Positions 1 through 8,773 of a stretch of DNA of 42,765 nucleotides are shown in pieces (position 1 is the stretch's first letter; each line of letters begins with the position of its first letter). Below the pieces are notes generated by a model. The model saw only the letters and a program-made list of their open reading frames with translations. It was not told the DNA's origin and ran no database searches. Source of the stretch: Thermoanaerobaculia bacterium (GTDB lineage Bacteria > Acidobacteriota > Thermoanaerobaculia > UBA5066 > Gp7-AA6). The stretch lies in the NCBI GenBank assembly GCA_033853815.1, contig JAWOLE010000257.1, positions 1-42,765 on the forward strand, read 5' to 3'. Made by a program: the position numbers and the translations under genes.

Positions 1-151
1 CGAGCGCCGCGAGCGCCGCGAAGGCGAACGCGAGCGCCCCGTGCAGCGCGAAGAACCCCCGGCCGAGCGTGCGAGTGGGAAAGAACAGGAGCAGAAAGGC
101 GGTTCCGGCGCCCGCCTCCAGAAGAAAGAGCCCCATGCCCCCGAGGACCAT
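1..151 (-). CDS. hypothetical membrane protein, N-terminal fragment (gene runs off the left edge)
   Basis: ATG at 151-149 opens a frame translating MVLGGMGLFLLEAGAGTAFLLLFFPTRTLGRGFFALHGALAFAFAALAAL. The product is hydrophobic and third codon positions are GC-rich. No clear SD and no recognisable family. Confidence 0.3.
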   Translation of the reverse strand, partial: MVLGGMGLFLLEAGAGTAFLLLFFPTRTLGRGFFALHGALAFAFAALAAL

Positions 152-160
152 CCGACGATA

Positions 161-259
161 CTAGTGCCGTTCCAACTTGTTCTTCCGAATCGAAGCAAGT
201 GAACGCGTAGGGCAATGCACCTCGCTTCTCCTTTGGAGAGAAAGTTGGAACGGCACTAG
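161..259 (-). repeat. perfect 18-bp inverted repeat (CTAGTGCCGTTCCAACTT / AAGTTGGAACGGCACTAG) enclosing 63 nt of lower-GC sequence; intercistronic hairpin
   Basis: Arms are at 161-178 and 242-259. The TAG stop of the hydrolase gene (256-258) lies inside one arm. The other arm ends 9 nt before the next ATG. Confidence 0.8.
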
Positions 260-1053
260 CCCGGGCCGAGACCTAGGTTCGCGGCGGCCAGGATCTCGCC
301 GGCGATGAGGTCCACCTGGTCGATCAATCCGTGGTCTCCGCCGGGGATCTCGACGAACCGGGAGCCCTCCCGGAGCCGCCCCGATGCCGCCCACCGCTCC
401 CACACCTGCCGGACGGCGTCGAAGGGCACGCTCTCGTCCGCGCTCCCCATGATCACCACGACGGGCGTTTCGGGCGGGTCCCGGTCCCAGTCCGCGCCCG
501 CCATGTCCTCGAAGAAACGGCGGTGGATCGTCAGATCCCTGCCTTCGCCGTGGTGGAAGAAGACCAGGTTCTCCCCCGGCGGGAGCTTCTCGACCCATCG
601 CCGCCCGAATCCCAGTGCAGGGGCGATCAGAACCAGGGGCGCGGTCGGAGCGGACCGGCCGGCCGCCAGCGCGACCAGGGCCCCGAGCGAGCTGCCGACG
701 ACCACGGCCGGAAAGTGTTTCTTCATCTCCCAGGTGGCCATCCGGGACATGGCCCGAAAATCGAGCCGTTCGAAGGAAGGGACGTTCAGGTCGGGCGCGA
801 GGACTCGAAAGCCCTCCTTCTCGAGGATGCCCCTCAAAGCCTCCGCCTTCCTCCCGCGCGGGGAGGAGGCGAAGCCGTGCAGATAGAGCACGTTTCTCAG
901 GTCGCTCCTCGAATTCGGCCGGTCAGAGATCTCATGCCCGTGGCGCGCCGCAAGAGGGACCCGCCGGGCTCCTCCGTCGCGCGGGAACCGCGGAGGGGGA
1001 AATGGGGTATCTTCGACTTTCGTCCAATAGAACATTTCGGCGGGGGTCGCCAT
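256..1053 (-). CDS. alpha/beta hydrolase, YqiA/UPF0227-type esterase
   Basis: Part of ORF 256..1389(-). Motifs are LYLHGFASSP, nucleophile elbow GSSLG, GSADESVP and GGDHGL, matching the Ser/Asp/His layout of YqiA-like esterases. Start is uncertain (ATG at 1053 or 1035); the upstream part of the ORF looks non-coding. Confidence 0.8.
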   Translation of the reverse strand: MATPAEMFYWTKVEDTPFPPPRFPRDGGARRVPLAARHGHEISDRPNSRSDLRNVLYLHGFASSPRGRKAEALRGILEKEGFRVLAPDLNVPSFERLDFRAMSRMATWEMKKHFPAVVVGSSLGALVALAAGRSAPTAPLVLIAPALGFGRRWVEKLPPGENLVFFHHGEGRDLTIHRRFFEDMAGADWDRDPPETPVVVIMGSADESVPFDAVRQVWERWAASGRLREGSRFVEIPGGDHGLIDQVDLIAGEILAAANLGLGPG

Positions 1054-1825
1054 GATTCGGACGAAGACTTTGGGGAGCATGGGTTCGCAAGACACTCCGT
1101 ATGTCTCGCGAGCGGAGGAGAACCGCGACGGGGCCGGAGGATATCCGGCGCGGGCGGCTCCGATCTTCGACGTCCTCGTCGCGAGTCCTGCCGCCTCCCT
1201 GCGCGACCGGGTCCGGGAAGACCTCCGCGGAAGCCACGCGGTCGGAGAGGCCTGGCAGTGGGAAACGCTGGACAAGACGATCTCCAGTCTTTGCCCGTCC
1301 GTCGTCCTGCTCGACCTCGACCTGCTTGTTTCCTCCGGAATCCGGGATCTCTCCATCATCCGGCGGATCAGCCGCAAGACCCGGATCATCCTTCTCTCCG
1401 ACGCCCCCAGCGACGCGGAAGGCGTCGCGGCGTTGAGAGCGGGAGCGAAGGGCTATTGCCACAAGCAACTCGCTCCACCGGCGCTTCGCAAGGCCGTCGA
1501 CCGCGTCCGGGACGGCGAGATCTGGGCCGAGCGCAGGCTCATCCCCGTTCTCATCGACCAGTTCAAGATCTTCGGCAGCGAACCGGCCGAGCGGCGCGCT
1601 GCGCTCGACAGCCGGCTCGGGCTTCTGACTCCGCGCGAACGGGAGATCTCGGTCCTGATCGCCTCCGGCGCGAGCAATCGCGACATTGCCGCCCGCCTGA
1701 TGGTCGGCGAAGGAACCGTCAAGGCGCACCTGACGGCGATCTTTCGGAAGCTCGGCTTCAATGATCGTCTGCAGCTCGGTCTTTTCCTCGCCAACCCCAG
1801 CCTGAAACTGCGCGGCAAACACTGA
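1052..1825 (+). CDS. LuxR/NarL-family response regulator with degenerate receiver domain
   Basis: C-terminal GerE/LuxR HTH (LTPREREISVLIASGASNRDIAARLMVGEGTVKAHLTAIFRKLG). The N-terminal CheY-like fold keeps the acceptor context VVLLDLDL, S in ILLSD and K in GYCHK. The acidic pair after beta1 is A-S (VLVASP). Exact start is uncertain. Confidence 0.8.
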   Translation: MIRTKTLGSMGSQDTPYVSRAEENRDGAGGYPARAAPIFDVLVASPAASLRDRVREDLRGSHAVGEAWQWETLDKTISSLCPSVVLLDLDLLVSSGIRDLSIIRRISRKTRIILLSDAPSDAEGVAALRAGAKGYCHKQLAPPALRKAVDRVRDGEIWAERRLIPVLIDQFKIFGSEPAERRAALDSRLGLLTPREREISVLIASGASNRDIAARLMVGEGTVKAHLTAIFRKLGFNDRLQLGLFLANPSLKLRGKH

Positions 1826-1828
1826 CAG

Positions 1829-1864
1829 TCGGCCGCGGGCGTTCGCTTTGCGAACGGCGGCCGA
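1829..1864 (+). repeat. REP-like GC hairpin element (copy R1)
   Basis: TCGGCCGC-GGG-CGTTCGC-TTT-GCGAACG-GCGGCCGA starts 3 nt (CAG) after the TGA of the regulator gene. The same element occurs at 13278-13313, 17780-17814 and 17865-17900. Confidence 0.75.
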
Positions 1865-1991
1865 GAACTTCTCATACCAGAGCCCGGATTCCAGTCAAGA
1901 TATCAAGAGCTCCCGGCTGCCGGTTGCAACCTGACCGCCAGGGCCGAGAGTCGCGCCACGCCCGGGCGAAAGCCCCGTAGAATCCGCCCGC

Positions 1992-4409
1992 ATGCGATCG
2001 GCCCTCCTGGCCCTGGCGGCCCTCCTGACCGCCGGCGCCCTCCTGTGCGTCGCCGCCGTCGCCTCGACGTTCCCCCGCGAGAGCGGCACCGCGCGAGTCG
2101 AAGGGATCTCCGGACCTGTCACGATCGAGACCGACGCGCTCGGCGTCGTGACGATCCGCGCCGCGAGCGTTCGGGACGCCTGCTTCGGCCTGGGATACGC
2201 GCACGCGCGCGACCGGCTCTGGCAGATGGAGTTTCAGAGGAGGATCGGATCGGGCCGGCTCTCCGAGATCCTGGGCAGGAGAATGATCGAGACGGACCGC
2301 TTCCTGCGCACGATCGGTTTTCGCCGCGCCGCGGCCCAGGCCCTCGGCGGCCTGGCGGCCTCCGTGAGGGCGCAGCTCGAGGCGTACGCTGCCGGCGCCA
2401 ACCAGTACCTCGCCACATCCTCCGCCCGCCCGATCGAGTTCCGCCTGCTGGGCGTCCGCCCCGAGCCCTTCCAGGCCGTGGACTGCCTGACCTGGGGCAA
2501 GATGATGGCCTGGGACCTCGCGTCTGCAAACGCCACCAACGAGATCCGCCGCGCCCGCTTCGTCGCCGCGGTCGGACCCGAGCGCGCCGCCGAGCTCTTC
2601 CCTCCGGTCCCTGCCGAGCCGACGATCCTGCGCGACGAAGAATGGAAGGAGAATTTCGGGTCTCTGACCCCGGTCCCGGCCGTGAAGGCGGGCGCCTCTC
2701 TCCTGTCCCCCCTTTCCCGCTGGGAGGGCCTCGAAGAGCGCCTGGCCCTTCTGGACCGCCTCGGCTTCGGAGGTGAAACGCGGGGCAGCAACTCGTTCGT
2801 GCTCGCGGGCTCGCGGACGCGATCCGGACGTCCGCTCCTCGGAAACGACCCGCATCTGTCCCTGCGCGCGCCGTCTCTCTGGTACCTGGCGCGCCTCGAG
2901 GCCCCCGGCCTCTCCGTCGCGGGAGCGACGCTGCCGGGCGTCCCCAGCGTCATCATCGGACACAACGCCCGCGTGGCCTGGGGCCTGACGAACCTCGAGG
3001 CCGACGTCCAGGACCTCTACCTGGAGGAGACCGACCCGGCGGATCGCGGACGCTACTTTCACGCGGGCGGCTGGCATCGCTTCGACGTCCGTTCCGAGAC
3101 CATCCGGGTTCGCGGCGACCGCGATGTTGCCCTGGAAGTCCGCTCCTCGGTGCACGGGCCGATCGTGACCGACGCCCTGCGGGGAGCCGCGACCCTTTCG
3201 AGCCCCGCCGTGGCGCTCCGGTGGACGGGACTCGACCCGGATGACACGACGAGCGAGGCGTTCGCCGGATTCAACACGGCCGGCGACTGGAGAGAGTTCC
3301 TCGCGGCCGCTTCCCGGTTGAAGGGCCCGCCCCAGAACATCGTCTACGCGGACGTGGACGGGCACATCGGCTACACGGCCTCGGGCGCGGTCCCCATCCG
3401 GCCCCGGGCGGACGGGCTCCTCCCGGTCTCGGGTGGAGGCGCCGACGACTGGACGGGCTACGTGGCGTTCGAGCGGCTCCCCCGAGTCCTCGATCCGCCG
3501 CGCGGGTTCGTCGTCACCGCCAACAACCGGGTCGTGTCGGATTCCTACCCCTACGCCCTGACGCGGGACTGGCCGGAGCCCTACCGGGCGCGGCGCATCA
3601 CGGACAGGATCCTCTCGCAGCCGCTCTGGAGCCCCGAGAACGCCCGCGCGATCCAGCTCGACCAGCTTTCCCTGCAGGCCGAGGAGCTGCTGCCTCTCCT
3701 GCTCGACACGAAGCCTGCCGACCCGGCCTCGGAACGGGCGCTCCGGCTCTTGAAGGGCTGGAACCGCGAGTTCGGCCCCGACTCCGTGCCCGCCTCGATC
3801 TACGCCTCCTGGTACGCGAAGCTCTCCGAGATGCCGCAGGACGAGCTGAAGGACACGCCGGCCGGCAGCGTGCGCTCGCGCTTCATCATCAACGCGTTGA
3901 AGGAGGACTCCCCGTGGTGCGACGACGTGCGGACGCCTCGAAGGGAGAGCTGCGAGGACTTGAAGACCGCCACTCTCTCGGAGGCCGTGGCGACCCTGGC
4001 CGCGAGGCTCGGCAGCGATCCCTCCGCCTGGCGGTGGCGGCGGCTCCACCGGGCCCGCTTCGCTCACGGCGTCTTTGAGAGCGTCCCGGTTCTGAGGGGG
4101 TTCTTCAGCCTGGAGGCGGGCGCCGGCGGCGACGCCTCGACCGTCAACGTCGGCGCCTACAGGCGCGACGGATCCTTCCTCATGACCGACGGCGCGAGCT
4201 ACAGGCAGATCCTGGATCTTTCGGATCTGTCCCGCGGCTCTTATGTCCACACGACCGGGCAGTCCGGCAACGTGTTCGATCGCCACTACCGGGATTTGCT
4301 CCCGCTGTGGCGCGACGGGCACTACATCACTCTCGGCAACCCGTCCGTCCAAACTCTCCGGCTGCAGCCAGCTTCGGGGCTTACGCCCGCGAGACGGTCT
4401 CGGCGCTGA
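1992..4409 (+). CDS. penicillin acylase family (peptidase S45, Ntn hydrolase); possible acyl-homoserine-lactone/beta-lactam acylase
   Basis: 805 aa. Signal peptide [25 protein letters not shown]. Autoprocessing/nucleophile context [29 protein letters not shown] is typical of the S45 beta-subunit N-terminus. Length matches the family. Confidence 0.9.
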   Translation: MRSALLALAALLTAGALLCVAAVASTFPRESGTARVEGISGPVTIETDALGVVTIRAASVRDACFGLGYAHARDRLWQMEFQRRIGSGRLSEILGRRMIETDRFLRTIGFRRAAAQALGGLAASVRAQLEAYAAGANQYLATSSARPIEFRLLGVRPEPFQAVDCLTWGKMMAWDLASANATNEIRRARFVAAVGPERAAELFPPVPAEPTILRDEEWKENFGSLTPVPAVKAGASLLSPLSRWEGLEERLALLDRLGFGGETRGSNSFVLAGSRTRSGRPLLGNDPHLSLRAPSLWYLARLEAPGLSVAGATLPGVPSVIIGHNARVAWGLTNLEADVQDLYLEETDPADRGRYFHAGGWHRFDVRSETIRVRGDRDVALEVRSSVHGPIVTDALRGAATLSSPAVALRWTGLDPDDTTSEAFAGFNTAGDWREFLAAASRLKGPPQNIVYADVDGHIGYTASGAVPIRPRADGLLPVSGGGADDWTGYVAFERLPRVLDPPRGFVVTANNRVVSDSYPYALTRDWPEPYRARRITDRILSQPLWSPENARAIQLDQLSLQAEELLPLLLDTKPADPASERALRLLKGWNREFGPDSVPASIYASWYAKLSEMPQDELKDTPAGSVRSRFIINALKEDSPWCDDVRTPRRESCEDLKTATLSEAVATLAARLGSDPSAWRWRRLHRARFAHGVFESVPVLRGFFSLEAGAGGDASTVNVGAYRRDGSFLMTDGASYRQILDLSDLSRGSYVHTTGQSGNVFDRHYRDLLPLWRDGHYITLGNPSVQTLRLQPASGLTPARRSRR

Positions 4410-5097
4410 CGACGCGACGGGGATTGGGTCCGTCTTCGCGGATCTTGCCGTCGAGCAGCCGGATGATCCGGCCCGTGTGCGCCGCGATGTCTTCCTCGTG
4501 GGTGACGAGCACGATCGTGTTGCCGCGGCGGTTCAGATCGTCGAAGAGGGCCATGATCTCCGCGCCGGTCTGCGAGTCGAGGTTTCCGGTGGGCTCGTCC
4601 GCGAGGAGGATCGAGGGGTTGTTGACCAGGGCCCGGGCGATCGCGACCCGCTGGCGCTGGCCGCCCGACATCTCGTTGGGATGGTGCCCCATGCGGTCGG
4701 CCAGGCCCACCGCTTCGAGCGCACGCGCGGCTCGCTCGCGGCGCTCGCGGCGCGAGAGTCCGGAATAGACGAGCGGCAGCTCGACCTGCTGGAGCGCGGT
4801 CGTCCGCGGCAGCAGGTTGAAGGTCTGAAAAACGAAGCCGATCTCCTGATTGCGGATCGCGGCCAGCTCGTCGTCGGTCATCCGCGCCACCTCGCGGCCG
4901 TTCAAGACGTAAGAGCCCGAGGTCGGCGTGTCGAGGCAGCCGATCAGGTTCATGAGAGTGGACTTGCCCGAGCCGGACGGGCCCATGATGCCGACGTACT
5001 CCCCGCGCTCGACGCCCAGCGTCACCCCCGAGAGGGCGTGAACGTTCTCCTCCCCCATCTCGTAGACCTTGGTGATGTCCCGGATGTCGATCAGCAC
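4381..5097 (-). CDS. ABC transporter ATP-binding protein, MacB/LolD/FtsE-type stand-alone ATPase
   Basis: Walker [11 protein letters not shown]-loop FVFQ, signature SGGQRQR, Walker B LLADEPT, H-loop VTHE. Start lies 7 nt after the yip1 stop. Confidence 0.9.
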   Translation of the reverse strand: MLIDIRDITKVYEMGEENVHALSGVTLGVERGEYVGIMGPSGSGKSTLMNLIGCLDTPTSGSYVLNGREVARMTDDELAAIRNQEIGFVFQTFNLLPRTTALQQVELPLVYSGLSRRERRERAARALEAVGLADRMGHHPNEMSGGQRQRVAIARALVNNPSILLADEPTGNLDSQTGAEIMALFDDLNRRGNTIVLVTHEEDIAAHTGRIIRLLDGKIREDGPNPRRVVSAETVSRA

Positions 5098-5104
5098 GGG
5101 CGCC

Positions 5105-5845
5105 TCAGAAGATCACGTTCCAGCCCACGCGAACGGCGACGGTCAGGAGCCACAGCGTCCCGATGATGCCGGCGGCGACGCCGCGCCTGGCTTTCGCCGC
5201 CGCGGCGAAGCCCACGACGAGGAGGACGACGACCCAGAGGGCGAAGAGGTCCAGAGACTGGAGCAGGGCGTGCAGGGCTTTGGACGAGTCGGCTGCCACG
5301 AGAAACCCCAGGTTCGAGCGCAACAGGTCCCCCAGGGCCTGAGGATTGACGGTCTCCTGACGGGTGACCAGCAGCATCAGGAACGCCCCCTTCAGGACGC
5401 CGGGCAGATAGGCATGGGCCGTCACGCCGAAGGCCTGCGAATACCGGGCGTCGTAGCCGAACGCCTTGAAGGAGCCCCAGATCACGACGGCGACGAGTGC
5501 GCTCAATGCCGCCGGGGTAACGGCGCCTCCGACCCAGCCGAAGATCGACCCGAATGTCTTCTGCCGCTCGACGATCGAGGCCAGCCGATCTTCCGGGATG
5601 GTCTGGCCGCGGCGCTGCAGCGTGTCCCGCGTCACCTGCTCGTAGTCGATCTTCGGCAGGAGGACGGCGGTGGTCGCGAGCGACAGGATCGTCCAGAGCA
5701 GCAGCGGCGCCAGCCACGTCGGCCTTCGCGCGATGGATTCGAAGGTCCGGACCGGCGAGAAGAACGCGCCCGGAATCCGGCCGACGGCAGAGACCTCCGG
5801 ACCCGCGTCGGAAGCCGGAGGCAGGGCGATGTCCGTCGTCTCCAT
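5105..5845 (-). CDS. Yip1-domain integral membrane protein
   Basis: 246 aa. N-terminal [26 protein letters not shown] followed by five hydrophobic segments, a Yip1/DUF1282-like layout. Start lies 3 nt after the tolC stop. Confidence 0.7.
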   Translation of the reverse strand: METTDIALPPASDAGPEVSAVGRIPGAFFSPVRTFESIARRPTWLAPLLLWTILSLATTAVLLPKIDYEQVTRDTLQRRGQTIPEDRLASIVERQKTFGSIFGWVGGAVTPAALSALVAVVIWGSFKAFGYDARYSQAFGVTAHAYLPGVLKGAFLMLLVTRQETVNPQALGDLLRSNLGFLVAADSSKALHALLQSLDLFALWVVVLLVVGFAAAAKARRGVAAGIIGTLWLLTVAVRVGWNVIF

Positions 5846-5848
5846 CGT

Positions 5849-7504
5849 CTAACGGCCTCCCGGCCGCACCTCCACCCGCGGAGGAGGGGTCGACTCCGGC
5901 AGGCCTTCGACCTGGATCCCTCTCCAGTCGAGGATGTCGGCGACCGAGAAGTGGTAGGCGGCGACGGCCTTGCGGAAGATCGTCAGCGCCTGAAGCTCCG
6001 TCGTCCGCGCCGCGGAAAGGGCCTGCTGGATCTGGGTCACCTCGAAGGATGTGGACATGCCGTTGTCGTACTTCTTCTTCGCGGCGTCCAGGTTCGCCTC
6101 CGCGAGCTCGCGCCCCTTCTGCGCGGCCACGATCTGCCGGCGGGCGGTATCGATGGCCCGCGCCGCCGCGCGCACGTCCACGACGACGTTCTGCTCGGCA
6201 GTCGTGTAGGCGGCCTTGTCGGACTCCCATAGGTACCGGGCCGCGCCATAAGCACCGCGGGCCGCGCGGTTCAGGATCGGAAACGAGAAGTTCAGCCCGA
6301 CCGACCAGTTCTTGAACTTGCGGTCGATGACCTGCTGGAAGGCGTCGCCGAAGTTTCCCGTCGAGAGGACCGCGCCGGTCGTCGGGTCGTGCGTGTCGCC
6401 GCCGATGCCGGGGTTTCCGTAGCTCGCCGTGAGGTTCAGGCCGGGCATCACCTGGTTCTTGTAGTAGTCGTACCGGATGCGGTCCGCGTCCACGGTGTAG
6501 GCGGCCGTCAGGACCTCGGGCCGGCGAATGAGCGCGGTCCTGGTCCCTTCCTCGACGTCGATCTTCACGTCCTCGGCGCGAACCTGGTCGGTCGGAGCGA
6601 TCGGCGTCGTGGACCACCGGAGGGGGTCCACGTTGATGACGCGTATCAACCGGTCCTGCGCGTCTCCGATCAACCCCTCGGCGGTGATGATGTCCTGCTC
6701 GGCGGTCGCGATACCGACCTCTGTCTGAATGATCTCGATCGGCGCGAGAGATCCGACGTTGATCTTGATCTGGGTGATCCGGTTCAGGTCCTGCGCGACT
6801 GCCAGCGCTTCCTTCTTCACCGCCAGGTTCTGGATCGCGTAGACGAGGTCCCAGTAGGCCTGCTCGACGGAATTGACGGTCGTTTGGACGCTCCGGACGA
6901 AGGTCTGGTAGGAGGAGTCTCGCGTGTCCCGGGCAATGTAGATCGTCCAGTTGGTCGCCGCCGGCCCGAAGTTGCGCAGCAGGGGCTGGTTGAGCGAGAG
7001 GGTCAGGCTGCTCGAGTAGGAGGGGTTGATGAAGAAAAAGCTCGAGTTGGTGGTCGTCTTGTTCCCCGTGAAGCCGAGCGTGAAGACCCCGCCGGTCGGC
7101 GCGAGTTGCGAAATCTGGGCCCGGGCATCGGTGGTGTCGCTCGTGCTGACCTCCGCCCCGAGCAGCTGCGTATTGGCCGGCTGCTCCGAGTGCGCCCGGG
7201 AGACCTGCGCCTGGACGAGCGGATCGTAGATGCCCAGATCCCCGAACAGCGTGTATCGCGTGGCCTCGGCAGCGTTGACGGCCACGTTCAGGTCCTGGTT
7301 GTTCGCCAGGGCGAGCCCGATCGCCTGATCGAGCGACAGCGGAATGCCCGCCGCGCCCGCCGCCGGCATTTCCCGCGGGGTCCGCTGGCCGGGGCGGGCG
7401 GAGACGACCGGCCGTTCCTGAGCCGGCGCAACGGAGGACAGCGCCAGAAGGCCGGAGGCGGCCGCGGCGGCGCAGATCCTCCAGTCCATCGCGAACCTCT
7501 TCAT
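5849..7504 (-). CDS. TolC-family outer membrane efflux protein
   Basis: 551 aa. Signal peptide, then LSLDQAIGLALANNQDLNVAVNAAEATRY and a second OEP repeat (LAEANLDAAKKKYDNGMSTSFEVTQ). SD AAGGAG lies 7 nt before the ATG. Confidence 0.85.
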   Translation of the reverse strand: MKRFAMDWRICAAAAASGLLALSSVAPAQERPVVSARPGQRTPREMPAAGAAGIPLSLDQAIGLALANNQDLNVAVNAAEATRYTLFGDLGIYDPLVQAQVSRAHSEQPANTQLLGAEVSTSDTTDARAQISQLAPTGGVFTLGFTGNKTTTNSSFFFINPSYSSSLTLSLNQPLLRNFGPAATNWTIYIARDTRDSSYQTFVRSVQTTVNSVEQAYWDLVYAIQNLAVKKEALAVAQDLNRITQIKINVGSLAPIEIIQTEVGIATAEQDIITAEGLIGDAQDRLIRVINVDPLRWSTTPIAPTDQVRAEDVKIDVEEGTRTALIRRPEVLTAAYTVDADRIRYDYYKNQVMPGLNLTASYGNPGIGGDTHDPTTGAVLSTGNFGDAFQQVIDRKFKNWSVGLNFSFPILNRAARGAYGAARYLWESDKAAYTTAEQNVVVDVRAAARAIDTARRQIVAAQKGRELAEANLDAAKKKYDNGMSTSFEVTQIQQALSAARTTELQALTIFRKAVAAYHFSVADILDWRGIQVEGLPESTPPPRVEVRPGGR

Positions 7505-7585
7505 TCCATTACTCCTTCGTCAAGCTTGTTACGCAACAGGAAGGCGAAATGTTTCTCGCGACCTGCCGGCCCGAGCGTATTTCTA

Positions 7586-7734
7586 GCCCGCATTATTCAT
7601 GATCGACTCCGGCCGCCGCTCCGATCAGTCGCGGACAACCTGTCTTTGATCTCGGTCGCCATTCTTCCGTCGCAATCCTCTCTGGCACAATTGGTTGCCC
7701 GTGTTACGGCCAGGTGACCATGAATAATCCGGGC
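7586..7734. repeat. 19-nt inverted repeat pair (GCCCGSATTATTCATGRTC) flanking 111 bp in the tolC upstream region
   Basis: Copy 1 is at 7586-7604. Copy 2 (reverse complement) is at 7716-7734. 17/19 positions match and the core is AT-rich. Confidence 0.6.
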
Positions 7735-7780
7735 TTGGATTCCGGGGGCATCATAAACCAAGGGCGTCCCCTCCCGGGTC

Positions 7781-8773
7781 TCAGGGAACCGGGGCGACGG
7801 GGAGCTCGCCGGGAAAGAAGCAGGCCGCGCAGCGACCGGGAGCGATCTCCGCGAGCACAGGCCGTTCCTGCCGGCATCGTGGGCGCGCGATCGGGCAGCG
7901 GGGATGGAAGGCGCACCCGGCCGGCGGCATGGCCGCCGAAGGCGGCTCGCCCTCCAGGACGACTCGGGTCCCCTTCGAGAAGGGATCGGGGACGGCCGAG
8001 ACGAGCGCGGCCGTGTAGGGATGGAGAGGACGACTCGCCACCTCGGAGGCCGGCCCTTCCTCGACGACGCGGCCCAGATAGAGAACGGCGATCCGGTCGG
8101 AGATCCGCTCGACGACGGCGAGGTCGTGCGAGATGAAGAGATAGGAGAGGCCCTTGCTGGCCCGCAGGTCGAGCAGAAGGTTGACGATCTGGGCGGCCAC
8201 CGACACGTCGAGGGAGGACACGGGCTCGTCGCACACGAGGAACTTCGGACGGGTCGCGAGGGCGCGCGCGATCGCGATGCGCTGGCGCTGTCCTCCCGAA
8301 AACTCCGACGGGAATCGGGAGAACGCCTCGGCCGACAGGCCGACCTCGGAGAGCAGCTGCGCGACGCGGTCGCGGATCTCCCGCCGCCGCGCCAGGTTCT
8401 GGACACGGAGGGGCTCGGCGATCTGATCGCCCGCCGTCATGCGGGGATTCAGCGAGGTCTGCGGATCCTGGAAGATCACCTGCAGGTCGCGGCGCCGCCT
8501 GCGCAGCGCCTTGCCCGAGAGCGCCAGCCAGTCTTCGTCTTCGAAGAATATCCGGCCCGAATCGGGGTCCTCCAGGCGGGCGATCAGGCGGCCGCAGGTC
8601 GTCTTTCCGCTTCCGGATTCTCCGACGAGGCCGAGCGTCTGGCCCCTTGCCACCGTCAGATCGACACGGTCGACCGCCGTGAGGCGCCCCGCGGGCGCCC
8701 CGAAGACGCCCCCGCGGATCGGATAGGTCTTCGTGAGCGCCTCGGCGCGCAGCAGCTCCCCGGCGCCGCTCAC
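7781..8773 (-). CDS. oligopeptide/dipeptide-type ABC transporter ATP-binding protein (OppF/DppF-like)
   Basis: Walker A GESGSGKTT, SGGQRQRIAIARAL, Walker B LVCDEPVSSLD, C-terminal oligopeptide-type extension (HPYTAALVSAVP..CAFHPRCP). GTG start at 8773 overlaps the upstream TGA as GTGA. The longer ORF to 9013 overlaps the upstream gene. Confidence 0.85.
   Translation of the reverse strand: MSGAGELLRAEALTKTYPIRGGVFGAPAGRLTAVDRVDLTVARGQTLGLVGESGSGKTTCGRLIARLEDPDSGRIFFEDEDWLALSGKALRRRRRDLQVIFQDPQTSLNPRMTAGDQIAEPLRVQNLARRREIRDRVAQLLSEVGLSAEAFSRFPSEFSGGQRQRIAIARALATRPKFLVCDEPVSSLDVSVAAQIVNLLLDLRASKGLSYLFISHDLAVVERISDRIAVLYLGRVVEEGPASEVASRPLHPYTAALVSAVPDPFSKGTRVVLEGEPPSAAMPPAGCAFHPRCPIARPRCRQERPVLAEIAPGRCAACFFPGELPVAPVP

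Noticed and set aside
161-598. 145-aa ORF on the minus strand overlapping the hydrolase gene
   Set aside because: It is out of frame with a well-supported alpha/beta hydrolase and has an Arg/Pro/Gly-rich product. Only its last 20 codons (inside the 161-259 hairpin) are discussed, as a speculative mini-ORF.
1051-1054. Divergent hydrolase and regulator genes apparently sharing a CATG so that their start codons overlap
   Set aside because: Both starts are the most upstream options of ORFs whose conserved domains begin roughly 35 codons (regulator) and 50 codons (hydrolase) further in. The true starts are probably internal, so the overlap is likely an ORF-calling artefact.
1872-4352. 826-aa ORF on the minus strand, plus similar long ORFs such as 331..1764(+), 5091..6617(-), 6389..7717(+), 9865..12297(+), 20817..21797(-), 24928..26628(-), 26686..28251(-), 29124..30500(-), 33705..36068(+), 41429..42562(-)
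   Set aside because: All lie antisense to, or out of frame with, genes that have clear family motifs. Their products are Arg/Pro/Gly/Ala-rich low-complexity strings typical of open frames in high-GC DNA. None has recognisable motifs.
4381-4409. 29-nt convergent overlap between the acylase 3' end and the ABC ATPase 3' end
   Set aside because: It probably reflects a non-conserved C-terminal tail of the acylase reading on to the first available stop. Such overlaps are common in high-GC genomes and there is no extra evidence of function.
7683-7698. Sigma54-like element TGGCACAATTGGTTGC
   Set aside because: The GG-to-GC spacing is one nucleotide longer than the TGGCAC-N5-TTGC consensus. It also points (plus strand) into the 3' end of a minus-strand gene, so it has no plausible target.
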